Positions 18,618 through 28,704 are shown, counted from the first letter of the stretch. The stretch is DNA of 64,000 bases from an uncultured Verrucomicrobiae bacterium (GCA_963707025.1 CAVPOM010000012.1:1-64000); one strand, 5' to 3'. Numbers and translations: made by a program. The notes: generated by a model not told the origin, from the letters alone.

Positions 18618-20068
18618 CACAGCCATCCCACAGGAAATTGGAAAAAAGTGTTGGCTTGACCATTTGAACCTGCCACAAGGCAGGCATGAAAAACAAAAAA
18701 ATCAAACCGACACGGTCCCGGTTTAACGTTTTGCGCCAGATTTGCAATCTCATTCCTGCGCATGAAGTCTCCAAAATAGCGCGGGAGACCGGGGCTCTGG
18801 ATAAGTCGCGCACCTTCAGTCCGTGGAGTCACACGGTCAGTTTGCTGGACGCGCAACTCACCCATTGCATCGGACTCAACGATCTGTGCGACTCGCTGCA
18901 ATTGCATTCCGGGCCGCTGTCCACTTTGCGCGGCGCCAGCGCCCCCAGCCGCAACGGCCTCTCCCACGCCAACCGGGAGCGTCCGGCCCAGATGGCCGAA
19001 CAACTCTTCTGGCGGGTCCTGGAGCATTTGAAAGCACAGACGCCCGGCTTTGCCGCGGGCCAGCGCCGTGGCCCCGCCTTCCGTTTCAAGATGCCCATCC
19101 ATGTGATTGATAGCACGACCATGGAACTGGTGGCCAACTGCCTGGACTGGGCCAAGCACCGCCGGCGCAAGGCCGCCGCCAAAACCCATATGCGGTTGAA
19201 TCTGCAGAATCTTTTGCCCGGTTTTGTCATTGTGGACACTGCCGCCGAGCACGACAACCGACGGGCGCGGGAACTGTGCGCCGACTTGAAGAGCGGCGAA
19301 ATCGCCTTGTTCGACAAGGGTTATGTGGACTTCGGCCACTTGCGGGATTTGGACGGGCGCGGGGTCTTTTGGGTGACGCGGGCCAAGGAGAACATGGGCT
19401 ATGAGGTGGTGCGGAAAATGCCCGCCTCCAGAGACCCGAAGATTTTGCGCGACGAAGTGATCGTCCTGAGCAACGAGAACAAACCCGCGCCGGAGTTGAT
19501 GCGCCGGGTGGTGGCGCTGGTCGAGATTGATGGAGAGGAACGGGAAATGACCTTCCTGACCAACAACCTGGAGTGGAGTCCGCGCAGCGTGGCCGACCTT
19601 TACCGCTGCCGCTGGCAGATCGAAGTCTTCTTCAAACAAATCAAGCAGACCTTGCAGTTGGCGGATTTTCTGGGCCACAACGCCAACGCCGTGCGCTGGC
19701 AGGTGTGGACGGCGCTGTTGACCTACGTGCTGTTGCGCTACCTCAGTCACCTCTCCAACTGGGCGCACAGCTTCACCCGGCTGTTCACGATTTTGCGGGC
19801 GGCGCTCTGGGAGAAATATGATCTGCTCAATTTGCTGGCGTGCTATGGGACAGCAGGCGGCAGCTTTCGCCACTTGGCGCGGCCCGAGCAGGCGTATTTC
19901 CCCGGCTTCCAATAAAGCTATGGGACAGCACACGCGCCCAAACAGGCGCATACCAAACCCAAAAGCCAAACTCGGAAAAATCAAAATCTCATTTTACCCC
20001 GAAGACCAATTAAACCCTTGCAAATGAACAGGTCAGCACCAGACTTTTCCCCTTATGAGACGGGTGTG
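18618..20068 (+). mobile_element. IS4-family insertion sequence (1451 bp)
   Basis: Imperfect IRs CACAGCCATCCCACAGG / CCTTATGAGACGGGTGTG; 9-bp TSD GATTTGTTT (18609-18617, 20069-20077). Confidence 0.92.
18686..19915 (+). CDS. IS4-family transposase
   Basis: IDSTT, FDKGYVD, YRCRWQIEVFFKQIKQ (YREK motif). Confidence 0.95.
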   Translation: MKNKKIKPTRSRFNVLRQICNLIPAHEVSKIARETGALDKSRTFSPWSHTVSLLDAQLTHCIGLNDLCDSLQLHSGPLSTLRGASAPSRNGLSHANRERPAQMAEQLFWRVLEHLKAQTPGFAAGQRRGPAFRFKMPIHVIDSTTMELVANCLDWAKHRRRKAAAKTHMRLNLQNLLPGFVIVDTAAEHDNRRARELCADLKSGEIALFDKGYVDFGHLRDLDGRGVFWVTRAKENMGYEVVRKMPASRDPKILRDEVIVLSNENKPAPELMRRVVALVEIDGEEREMTFLTNNLEWSPRSVADLYRCRWQIEVFFKQIKQTLQLADFLGHNANAVRWQVWTALLTYVLLRYLSHLSNWAHSFTRLFTILRAALWEKYDLLNLLACYGTAGGSFRHLARPEQAYFPGFQ

Positions 20069-20397
20069 GATTTGTTTTATTCTCTGGGATTCTTATGGCC
20101 ATCGCCGTCATCGCAATTGTGTGGTCTGTGGCTGGCGAAGGCCCGGCATTTACGCCGCTGTACGTTGCTGGCGCTGCTGTTGGCCTCGCGCTGTGGATGT
20201 TCCTGTTCGCCCAGTTGATTTACATCCGCGCCGCGCTGGAAAAGTGAAGCCGCATTAGTTTTCTGTTGACTTACGGAGTGGTTTTAGCTAGAATGCACGG
20301 TGCATGAAGACAAAGAAAATGACGCCTGACCAAATCTTGCTGAAAAAGATTCAAATTCCAGTTCGGTTTTTCAACAGCAGTTACCGCATACCTGAAA

Positions 20398-20655
20398 TTA
20401 CGCAAGCCCGGTCAACTCGTCCGGCCCACGGTCGTCCAGTTCCGCGCCAAAAGCCGGGTCTCGGTTCTCGGCCAATTCAAGCAAATCTTGGTAGCAACGG
20501 CTCGCTTGCTCGTCCAGCCGGTTCTCCCAACCGTGCAGTTCGGGCGTTGGCACGAAAGCAGAAATCATAGCCTCCAATGCCTTTAATCGTGCCAGTGTCC
20601 GCAGGTTGTTTCGGTGCAAAGTTAAAATTATTCCGCGCAATTCTATGTTGGTCAT
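20398..20655 (-). CDS. Hypothetical cargo protein (85 aa)
   Basis: Helical acidic ORF just inside the right TIR. Confidence 0.45.
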   Translation of the reverse strand: MTNIELRGIILTLHRNNLRTLARLKALEAMISAFVPTPELHGWENRLDEQASRCYQDLLELAENRDPAFGAELDDRGPDELTGLA

Positions 20656-20922
20656 ACAAGATTGGAAACTGCCGAAACCAATGAGAAACGACAAGCGAAA
20701 CCGGCATGGGAAAATCCCACGACGACGTGCCCGCCATCCCGAAATAATACCTAAGTATGCCAAAAATCGCTAAGGAATCTGCGTTTGCAAACTATATAAT
20801 CCCGGCCCCCCGTCATCACGCTGTTCCGGTCAGATGGCATCAAGGGGACTGCGGACGCCCAGGCCCGGCTTCTGCGGATGCCGCCAATGTCGCTCCCTCT
20901 CCGCTCCCTCGGAGGGAGGGGA

Positions 20923-21129
20923 GAACCCAAAAGCCAAGTTAGTGGAAATGCTCGACCTCACCCCTGTCCTCTCCTCCAGGAGAGGGTGAAAGAGCCGCCG
21001 TCCTCGCGAAATGCCGGCGCCGGGATTTGCCGGAAGCGCATCCCCCCAGCCCGAGGCGGGCGAAGTCTGTTCCTTCTCCCCGGGGGAGAAGGTTAGGATG
21101 AGGGCGAGCTGCGAAGAATTTTGTCCTGC
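20923..21129. repeat. ~205-bp dispersed repeat (CCTCACCC..CTCTCC..GGAGAGG REP family), copy 1
   Basis: Near-identical to 48282-48485. Confidence 0.85.
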
Positions 21130-21236
21130 GCTTTGGGATGTTCATCCGCCAATAATTGTCCTTGACAAAGGCCTTTTGCAAGCATCCAATCTAAAAAGTG
21201 AACGGAACTAGGCCGTGAAAATTCAATCGAAATACT

Positions 21237-21622
21237 GTTAGGCTGCTTAGGCGTATGTATATTCATCGCAAGCTAAAGATAAATTAGTGGCTGTGGATGG
21301 CACTCAGCATCCCGCCGATAGTTTATAGTTGGGTGAGACCACGAGATGTGAAGGGTTGGATGATTTCGGATTGGGGGTATTTGATGAGCTACTTACACCA
21401 AACTGGCTACACAGTCACCCATGACATTTGGAGTTTTTTTGCTGAGACATTGATTTGGAGCGCAGTGCCCGCTTTGTTGATAGGCTGGATAGCGCAGTAT
21501 CTCATCATGTTGGCATGGGAGACTTGGCGAGATAAGAGACGGGGCTTTGACTTGAGACACAGATGATTTGCGACCAGCAGCCTAACAAGTCGCCGGAGCC
21601 AACCGCCGTTGGCGCTTGCCGT
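21237..21622 (+). mobile_element. Orphan integron-type gene cassette (GTTAGGC - ORF - truncated attC)
   Basis: Core site GTTAGGC 21237-21243; low-GC membrane ORF 21255/21297-21566; inverse core GCCTAAC 21580-21586 followed by AAGTCGCCGGAGCCAAC; right half of attC missing. Confidence 0.65.
21297..21566 (+). CDS. Small membrane protein of the cassette (upstream in-frame ATG 21255 separated by TAG)
   Basis: Hydrophobic segments, AT-rich codon use. Confidence 0.5.
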   Translation: MALSIPPIVYSWVRPRDVKGWMISDWGYLMSYLHQTGYTVTHDIWSFFAETLIWSAVPALLIGWIAQYLIMLAWETWRDKRRGFDLRHR

Positions 21623-22207
21623 GCAGGCATGCAGGTGTCATGCAGGTGTGCAGGTGTCATGCAGGGTGCCAGTTCTCACTTTTTAAACTGCTCGAGGGCT
21701 CCCGGACTCAGGCCTCCGCATTTGCGCTTTCCATGCGTAAACGGCCTCCGCATATCCGTGTCATCCGTGTCATCCGCGGTTTATGATTTTGCCTTCCATG
21801 ATTTTGCCTTCCGCCGGCTTTCACAATTCTCCATTCAAAACTCAGGTTCCTGGCTGTTTTGGGTGGAATACCGGACGCACTTGAAGAAGGTTTCATTCGG
21901 TTTTGCCAATCCCAACCGGATTGAATCTATCAGCTCAGCGTTGCGAGCAACGAGCTACGCTGGGTGAAAAGACCGATAAACCACTACCCTAAATGGGTTA
22001 AATCTCTTTCGTAAGCCTTTGTGAGGCAACCCCTTCGGGGTATTGGCGCTTGCATGCAATAACCCAGGGCAGGCTCTCTCGGAATTGGGCCAGCCCTGGG
22101 CTATATGATCCAATCCCTTCGGGATTGTGCCGGGGTGTTTCATGTGGAAAAATGCTTGCAAAGGCTCATGTGTTGGACGTAACCTGCCGCCCAAGAAACC
22201 GATAAAA

Positions 22208-22411
22208 ATGCCCACCCAAAAAAAGCGCGTTCCCACAAGGAAGAAGGACTATCATTACCCGGACAAAACGAACGGCAGTCAGATAGCGGCCAAAAACCGC
22301 AAGGACGCCAATCGCTGGTCTGAGTCCAAGCGTGCTGAATTGTTTGAAAAGGGGATGCAGATTATTTATGGCGGCACCGGCTCGAAGACCCCAGTTCGTT
22401 CTGGACACTAA
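22208..22411 (+). CDS. Small basic protein, probable antitoxin of a decayed TA pair
   Basis: Overlaps a PIN-domain remnant. Confidence 0.45.
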   Translation: MPTQKKRVPTRKKDYHYPDKTNGSQIAAKNRKDANRWSESKRAELFEKGMQIIYGGTGSKTPVRSGH

Positions 22412-22445
22412 CGTTCTGATTGATCTGGGGGAGCGCAGACTATGA
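22368..22445 (+). pseudogene. Truncated PIN/VapC N-terminus
   Basis: MAAPARRPQFVLDTNVLIDLGE then stop. Confidence 0.55.
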
Positions 22446-22926
22446 ACATACGTGGCCTTTGGATTCTATTCTGCCCGCTTTTGGCATTGTTTCACATTTT
22501 TCGAGGTGGCCATTTCAACAAACGCTTCTTCTCCTTCCTTTATTTTGGTGCCGGATTTGCTGCGGTTTTGAACGGCTTCATCTGGTTTAGCTGGGGCTTC
22601 GCCCTCGTGGCTGGCTTATGCACTCTTTTTGGGTTCCTCCCGTGAAGCTTTGGCCGAAACGATGCCCGTGCCTCGCTTTCAGGAGTGGCTGGCTTTTTCG
22701 GGCGCTGGATTTGCTGCCAGCCCCCTTTCCCGGCGGCGGCAGGAAATGAACGATATGCTCTGCGATAAATGCCAACAACGAGAGGCGACTGAAACCGTAA
22801 GAGGGGTCAAACCAGAGTTTTGTCCAATATAATGCGTAATAGCCTGAAAATCATTGAGTTATAGAATGATCTCCGCATGAACGCCGGGCGGTCAAAGGCC
22901 GGGAGGTCAGTTCGTGGCATGGTCCT

Positions 22927-23958
22927 ATGAATAAAGAGAAAAAACTCCAGATTCGCAACAGCACCGCCGAGTTCCTGATCTTCACCCGGCAGGCGGGCGA
23001 GAATGGCATCGAAGTCCGGGTGGCGGAGGAAACGGTCTGGCTGACGCAGAAGTTGATCAGCGTGCTTTTCGAAAAGGGCCGCAGCACCATCACCGAGCAT
23101 CTGAAAAACATCTTCCAGACCGGAGAACTGGCTGAAACAGCAGTGTGTCGGGATTTCCGACATACTGCCGGGGACGGCAAGGATTACACGACACGGTACT
23201 ACAACCTCGACGCCATCATCGCCGTCGGTTTCCGAGTGAACTCAGCGCGCGCCATCCAGTTCCGGCAATGGGCCACTGCGGTACTGCGCGACTACGCGAT
23301 TCGCGGTTATGTGTTGGACAAGGAGCGGCTGAAGAACGGGTCCTTCTTGAACAAGGCCTATTTCGAGAATTTGCTGGCCGAGATTCGTGAAATCCGGGCC
23401 AGCGAGCGCAAGTTCTACCAGAAGATCACGGACATCTACGCGACGGCGATGGATTACAGCGCGGAGGCGGAAATCACCCAAACATTTTTCGCCGCGGTAC
23501 AGAACAAACTCCATTTTGCCATTCATGGGCGCACCGCCGCCGAGTTGATCGTGGAGCGCGCCGACAGCGCGAAGGAGAAGATGGGTCTGACCACCTGGAA
23601 GAATGCCCCGCATGGGAAAATCCTCAAACCGGACGTGGTCGTCGCGAAGAACTACCTTGCGGAAAAGGAACTGAAGTCGCTGGACCGCTTTGTGACGATG
23701 TATCTGGATTATGCTGAGGATCAGGCGGATCGGAACATTCCCATGACGATGAAGGATTGGGCTGGCAAGCTGAACGCCTTTCTCCAGTTCAACCAGAGGG
23801 ACATCCTCGATCATCCGGGCAAAGTGAGCAAGGAAGTGGCGAAGTCTTTTGCGGAAAGCGAATTTGAAAAATACCGGATCGTGCAGGACCGGTTGTTCGA
23901 GTCGGACTTTGACCGGCACATCAAAAAAGCCCTGGAGGGAGGCAAGGAGCCGCCATGA
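22927..23958 (+). CDS. Virulence RhuM family protein
   Basis: ETVWLTQK, YNLDAIIAVGFRVNS.RAIQFRQWAT, IREIRASERKFYQKITDIYA, VQNKLHFAIHGRTAAE. Confidence 0.92.
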   Translation: MNKEKKLQIRNSTAEFLIFTRQAGENGIEVRVAEETVWLTQKLISVLFEKGRSTITEHLKNIFQTGELAETAVCRDFRHTAGDGKDYTTRYYNLDAIIAVGFRVNSARAIQFRQWATAVLRDYAIRGYVLDKERLKNGSFLNKAYFENLLAEIREIRASERKFYQKITDIYATAMDYSAEAEITQTFFAAVQNKLHFAIHGRTAAELIVERADSAKEKMGLTTWKNAPHGKILKPDVVVAKNYLAEKELKSLDRFVTMYLDYAEDQADRNIPMTMKDWAGKLNAFLQFNQRDILDHPGKVSKEVAKSFAESEFEKYRIVQDRLFESDFDRHIKKALEGGKEPP

Positions 23959-24714
23959 ACGAAGCAGAGGCTAAAGCCGAACACAAACTGAACTGGTGAC
24001 GGTTCAGCAGCAACCTGCCCCGTGATGCAGTGCAATCCACACCCTCATGATCGCACATTATCCTTTTTGTCCATTGAGGAAAATTCTCCCGCATTTTTTT
24101 GACCTGGGGCTTGACAAAAATTAGAACCTATGGTTGAATGGTCTGCGTGAGGCACGTAGCGACAGTCCAACGCCGCATCCGGCAGGGCGCGGCCAGCGCC
24201 AGCGCGGAGGGTGGGGATGTGAAAATGCAGAATGCAAAATGCAAAATGCAGAATACCCAACGGGTGAAATCCGTGAAATCCGAGGCTCAATTCCTTTCGT
24301 CAGGGCTGGCCGCGCTGAACGGTTGCCCCGGAATTCCCCAAGCCCCGCCAAGCTTTATGGTTCAACGCCGCCCAAAGCCAAAGAGGTCGGTGCCGGCAAA
24401 ATTTGCCAAACAAACCCATCCGGTCAAACCGGTCAAACCGGGTCAAACCACATTTTTGAAGCTTGACCACCTTGACCATGAGCATCCACCCCATCACTCC
24501 ACCACTCCATCACTCCGGCATCATCCAATACTCTGCCAACTCAAGTCCCTATCCATGAACCATTTACACTCAAAAGTGAGCCGGTCACAACCAAGGTCAC
24601 AAAGTAAATCAAAGTAAATCAAAGCGTTTTTTTATGGCCCTTTTCGTGTATTTCGCATATTTCGCGGTTAAGAAACTTTTCCTGGCCAGGATTTAGTCAA
24701 TCACCATTCCGTTT

Positions 24715-26700
24715 ATGAAAAAATTTTTCCTTCTGGGTTTTGTGCTCGTCCTCGCCGGCTGCGCGCTGCCGCCCCCGGCAACCACACCGGCCACCGCAAC
24801 CCTGACCGTCCAAACCGGCCGCCCCGGCGCGGACATCAATCCGGCCATGTGGGGCATTTTCTTCGAGGACATCAATTTCGGCGCCGATGGCGGCCTGTTC
24901 GCCGAGTTGGTCAAAAATCGCGGCTTCGAGTTCCCCGACCCCATGACCGGCTGGATGAAAATCAGCACCAGCGTCGCCCAGGGCCAGTTGTCCATCCGCG
25001 ATGAGGACGGCTTCGATCCGGCCAATCCCCACTATGTCCGCATCCATTCCGAGGGCACGGCCCACTTTGGCATCTCCAACCAGGGCTTTCGCGGCATCGG
25101 CCTCCACGAGGGCGAGACTTATGATTTCTCCGCCCAAATCCGCCTCTTGGACGGCGCGCCCCGTCTGAATATAAATCTGGTCGGCGGCGATGGCACCATG
25201 CTCGCCTTGGTGTCGCTGACCAACTTCCCTTCCCGATGGGCTAAGGTCGCGGTCGAGCTTCATCCCAAGGCCGCCGATCCCAAGGCCCGCCTTGATCTCA
25301 TCATGGAAGGCAAGGGCACGGTGGATTGCGACATGATTTCCCTTTTTCCGCGCCATACCTGGAAAAACCGTCCGGGCGGACTGCGGGCCGACATGGTGCA
25401 AATGCTGGCGGATATGAAGCCCGGTTTCATGCGCTTTCCCGGCGGCTGCATTGTCGAAGGAAGCCAGTTGGACCGCCGTTACCAATGGAAAAACACCATC
25501 CTGCCCGTGCCCGACCGCAAACTGCTGGTCAACCGCTGGAATTACGAATTCGAGCACCGGCCCACCCCGGATTATTACCAGTCCTTCGGCCTTGGGTTTT
25601 ATGAATTCTTCCAATTGTGCGAGGACATCGGCGCGCAGCCCCTGCCCATCCTCAACTGCGGCATGGCCTGCCAGTTCAACACCGGCGAACTGGTCCCCAT
25701 GACCGAACTGCAACCCTACATTCAGGACGCGCTCGACTTGATCGAATTCGCCAACGGCCCGGCCGGCAGCGTGTGGGGCGCCAAACGGGCCGCCCTCGGC
25801 CATCCCGCCCCTTTCAACATGAAGATGATGGGCGTGGGCAACGAACAGTGGGGGCCGCAATACCTCGAGCGTTACGCCGCCTTTGCCAAGGTGCTCAAGG
25901 CCCGGCACCCGGAAATTATGCTTGTCACCGATTCCGGCCCCTCCCCCGCCGATGACCGCTTCAATTTTCTCTGGCCCAAACTGCGCGACTTGCGCGCCGA
26001 CATTGTGGACGAGCATTGCTACGACCACCCACTCTGGTTCTTCACCAACACCACCCGCTACGATCATTATGACCGCAACGGCCCCAAGGTTTTCATGGGC
26101 GAGTACGCCGCGCAAAGCGTGGATGTGGTCAGTCCCAAAAACCGCAACAACCTCGAATGCGCCCTGGCCGAAGCCGCCTACCTGACCGGCCTGGAACGCA
26201 ACGCCGACGTGGTGCGCATGGCCTCCTACGCCCCGCTCTTCGCCAATGCCGACGCCTGGCAATGGACCCCCGACCTGATCTGGGTGGACAGCCTCCGCGT
26301 CTATGGCACCCCCAGTTATTACGTCCAACAACTCTTCAGCCGCAACCGGGGCGACACCGTGCTCCCCGTGGAATTGCGCGGTCAAGGCGCGCCGCCCACG
26401 CCCGTCCAGCGCCTCTACGCCAGCGCCGCCCGCGACAACCAATCCCATGAAATCATTCTCAAAGTCGTCAACCCCGGAGCCGGCGCCACGCCCGCGCAAA
26501 TCGTCCTCGCCGGCTTGGCGAAAGTTGGCCCTGCGGCCAAAAGCACCGTCCTGGCCGGCGCCAATTTGAGCGACGTCAATTCCTTCGACGACCCGCGCAA
26601 AATCGCCCCCGTCGAAGCTCCATTTCATCCGCCCGCATCGCATTTCCCATGGACTTTCCCGCCGCATTCCTTCACCGTCCTGCGTCTCGAGGCGGAATGA
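24715..26700 (+). CDS. Alpha-L-arabinofuranosidase, GH51 (lipoprotein)
   Basis: Lipobox LAGC; GIFFEDINFGADGGLFAELV.NRGFE; RFPGGCIVEG; GVGNEQWG; DEHCY; GEYAA; MASYAPL. Confidence 0.93.
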   Translation: MKKFFLLGFVLVLAGCALPPPATTPATATLTVQTGRPGADINPAMWGIFFEDINFGADGGLFAELVKNRGFEFPDPMTGWMKISTSVAQGQLSIRDEDGFDPANPHYVRIHSEGTAHFGISNQGFRGIGLHEGETYDFSAQIRLLDGAPRLNINLVGGDGTMLALVSLTNFPSRWAKVAVELHPKAADPKARLDLIMEGKGTVDCDMISLFPRHTWKNRPGGLRADMVQMLADMKPGFMRFPGGCIVEGSQLDRRYQWKNTILPVPDRKLLVNRWNYEFEHRPTPDYYQSFGLGFYEFFQLCEDIGAQPLPILNCGMACQFNTGELVPMTELQPYIQDALDLIEFANGPAGSVWGAKRAALGHPAPFNMKMMGVGNEQWGPQYLERYAAFAKVLKARHPEIMLVTDSGPSPADDRFNFLWPKLRDLRADIVDEHCYDHPLWFFTNTTRYDHYDRNGPKVFMGEYAAQSVDVVSPKNRNNLECALAEAAYLTGLERNADVVRMASYAPLFANADAWQWTPDLIWVDSLRVYGTPSYYVQQLFSRNRGDTVLPVELRGQGAPPTPVQRLYASAARDNQSHEIILKVVNPGAGATPAQIVLAGLAKVGPAAKSTVLAGANLSDVNSFDDPRKIAPVEAPFHPPASHFPWTFPPHSFTVLRLEAE

Positions 26701-26899
26701 CGCCGGAGAATCGCCGGCCCCGCTTCGAAGGCTGAATTATGGGAAAGAGACAGAGTCAGCCAGGGCAAAGTCAGGGTCATGGTTGTGAAAGGAATGGGAA
26801 ACTGAAGCCAGATGCGTCAGTGACCGTGGGGAACGGTAGGGCGAGACTCTGCCGAGCCGTGGCTTTCTCTTAAGAAATCGAGTATCGGCTCGACGGAGT

Positions 26900-27093
26900 C
26901 CGCATCCATGCAGAGGAGAACCGCTGATGAACGCGGATGGACACGGATCCTACGGCGCAGAAAAGGAGATTTCCCCGTGCTCCTTTCGCTCACGATTTGG
27001 CAGCTCTGTCCAGCCCCAGGAAAAAGCCCGTCATCGCCTTGCCTTATCCGTGTTTATCTGTGTTCATCCGTGGTTCAATTGCATCGTTCCGGC
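26900..27093. mobile_element. ~195-bp MITE-like element, copy 2 (inverted), abutting the stop codon of the OMP gene
   Basis: Reverse complement of 2425-2619 with few substitutions. Confidence 0.85.
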
Positions 27094-27783
27094 TTAGAAC
27101 TTCACTGTGAAAACAGCCTCCACGGCATGGGTTTCGATGTTTCTGCCTTCGTCAGGGAAGGCGGCCAGAAACTTGTAGCCCAAGCCCAAGTCGCTGAAGG
27201 CATTGAGCCGAAAGCGCACACCAGCCATGGCCTGCGCCGCGGGATCCGTTTCGTCGCTGTGGTTCTCGAAACCGAAAAAGCCCCGTGAGTGGACCCGGAC
27301 TGAGGAATAGTCACCGCCGCCTCCAACCCCGATGTACGGAACCACAAAGGATGCAGGCTGCAGCTTGAGCACGAGGCTGCCCAAAAATGGCACTTGATAA
27401 TAGTGGCCACGCACGTCCTCGGGGAAGCCCGGCCCGGTGGCGGAGTTGAGATCATTCGCGATGAATCCCGTCTCAAATTCAGCGCCGAGAGTCAGGGCGG
27501 CGGTGGCCAGGAAGTTATAGCCCGGCTCCACGCCGAAACGGAAGCCCGGCCGTGTGGAGAAGCTGGCCGGAAAGCCGAACCGGGAACTCTGGAAGTCCGG
27601 CACGAACGAAGGACCCAGATCGGCGCCGAGGTAAAAGCCCAGATCATCTCCGGGAGCGGCCAAGGGAGCCGGCGCGACAAAAACCTGGGCGGAGGCGGTC
27701 GCCAGTCCCACGAACAGCGCGGCCAAGGCCGTCCTTGCCAAAAAAAGAACTTGCTGGGGCACAACATCGAATCGTCTTTTCAT
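27094..27783 (-). CDS. Outer-membrane beta-barrel protein (OmpA/OmpW-like)
   Basis: Signal peptide, GFYLGADLG, PYIGVGGG, LGYKF, terminal Phe. Confidence 0.85.
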   Translation of the reverse strand: MKRRFDVVPQQVLFLARTALAALFVGLATASAQVFVAPAPLAAPGDDLGFYLGADLGPSFVPDFQSSRFGFPASFSTRPGFRFGVEPGYNFLATAALTLGAEFETGFIANDLNSATGPGFPEDVRGHYYQVPFLGSLVLKLQPASFVVPYIGVGGGGDYSSVRVHSRGFFGFENHSDETDPAAQAMAGVRFRLNAFSDLGLGYKFLAAFPDEGRNIETHAVEAVFTVKF

Positions 27784-27966
27784 ACAGAGCCTTTCTGTTC
27801 GTAGTTAGACGTTGCCAGGAGGACGGATGTTCATCCGCCGGCAAACCTCAAGGAATCCCCCAAGCCGCCGGCCAGCAGGAAATGTCCGGCCTTGGGCGGC
27901 CCGGGCCACGCTGCGAGCAGGCGGCGAAAAGTAGCCGGGGATCGGGGCTGGATGGGCGGAGACGCC

Positions 27967-28611
27967 TCATTTTGGTTGGGCAGCCTCGGTGACGGGTTCG
28001 ATGCGGATGTTGTCAAACCAAGAGACCCCCGCGGGATAAAAGGCAAAGAGCATGACTTTCATTTCGGTGACTTCGGGGCGCGCGCGGGTGGGATGGAAGA
28101 CCTGGGTGCAGGTGGTCCAGGCGCGGTTCTTGCAATGGCAGGTGACGGTGGTGTTCCAGCGCTGCTGTTTTTCGCCCTGGAACATTCCCCAGCCGCGCAC
28201 CCAGACCTTGGCCCCGCCGTCTGGGCCTTGGTAATCGAAAGTGATGCGATAGGCCTGGCCCGGTTTGACGGGAATCGGGTCCGAATAAAGGGAGAGGCCG
28301 TAGGTTTCGGCGATGGCATTTTTCTCCGGCTTGGGGATGTTCCACAAGTTGGTCAGGCCCGTCCTGACCCATTGCGCCTGCATGGCCTGCTCACTGATGC
28401 GGGTATCCATGCGGATGGCTTTGCCGTGGGCGGCGTCAGGGGCTTTGGTCCATTGCACGCCCAAGCCGTCCACCCGATCCCAGCCGGCCGGCCTGGCCGG
28501 GTCGCGCGCGTCGGGCTGCTCGAAATCGCCGTGGGGCAGAACGGAATTGGCCTGGGCGGGGCAGCGGGCAGATGTCAACAATAGGAGGAGAAGAACGGGA
28601 AGGAGGCGCAT
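27967..28611 (-). CDS. Secreted carbohydrate-binding-module-like protein
   Basis: Signal peptide, NSVLPHGDFE, VKPGQAYRITFDY, WFDNIRIE. Confidence 0.7.
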   Translation of the reverse strand: MRLLPVLLLLLLTSARCPAQANSVLPHGDFEQPDARDPARPAGWDRVDGLGVQWTKAPDAAHGKAIRMDTRISEQAMQAQWVRTGLTNLWNIPKPEKNAIAETYGLSLYSDPIPVKPGQAYRITFDYQGPDGGAKVWVRGWGMFQGEKQQRWNTTVTCHCKNRAWTTCTQVFHPTRARPEVTEMKVMLFAFYPAGVSWFDNIRIEPVTEAAQPK

Positions 28612-28704
28612 GGAAAGGATAAATGCCAAATTATAAATGATGAATGAAGGAGGGACCGGGAGGTAAATGCGATTGAGAATTGGGCATTGAAAATTGGTGA
28701 TTGG

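Larger units (their letters stand above)
18434..20247 (+). pseudogene. Zn-ribbon + 2-TM protein interrupted by IS4
   Basis: FACSHCNQSIEAP...CPGCGK; removing the IS and one TSD rejoins ...TAKGFV-LFSGILMAIAVIAIVW...LIYIRAALEK*. Confidence 0.8.
15372..20804. mobile_element. Cargo-carrying IS1595-family transposon (about 4.0 kb plus a nested IS4)
   Basis: Perfect 29-bp TIR CGGGATTATATAGTTTGCAAACGCAGATT (15372-15400 / 20776-20804); 8-bp TSD GCCCCCCG (15364-15371, 20805-20812); internal IS1595 transposase; lower GC. Confidence 0.92.

Noticed and set aside
19818..20027. Identical small ORFs at 19818-20027 and 62675-62884
   Set aside because: Alternate-frame translations within the two IS4 copies
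15372..20804. Prophage remnant
   Set aside because: No integrase, terminase or structural genes; boundaries are explained by TIRs and an 8-bp TSD
22442..22832. Short hydrophobic ORF fragments upstream of rhuM
   Set aside because: Probably decayed gene pieces; too little evidence to call
26908..27288. ORFs 26908-27288 and 2422-2610 sharing an N-terminus
   Set aside because: Translations of the MITE sequence, not genes
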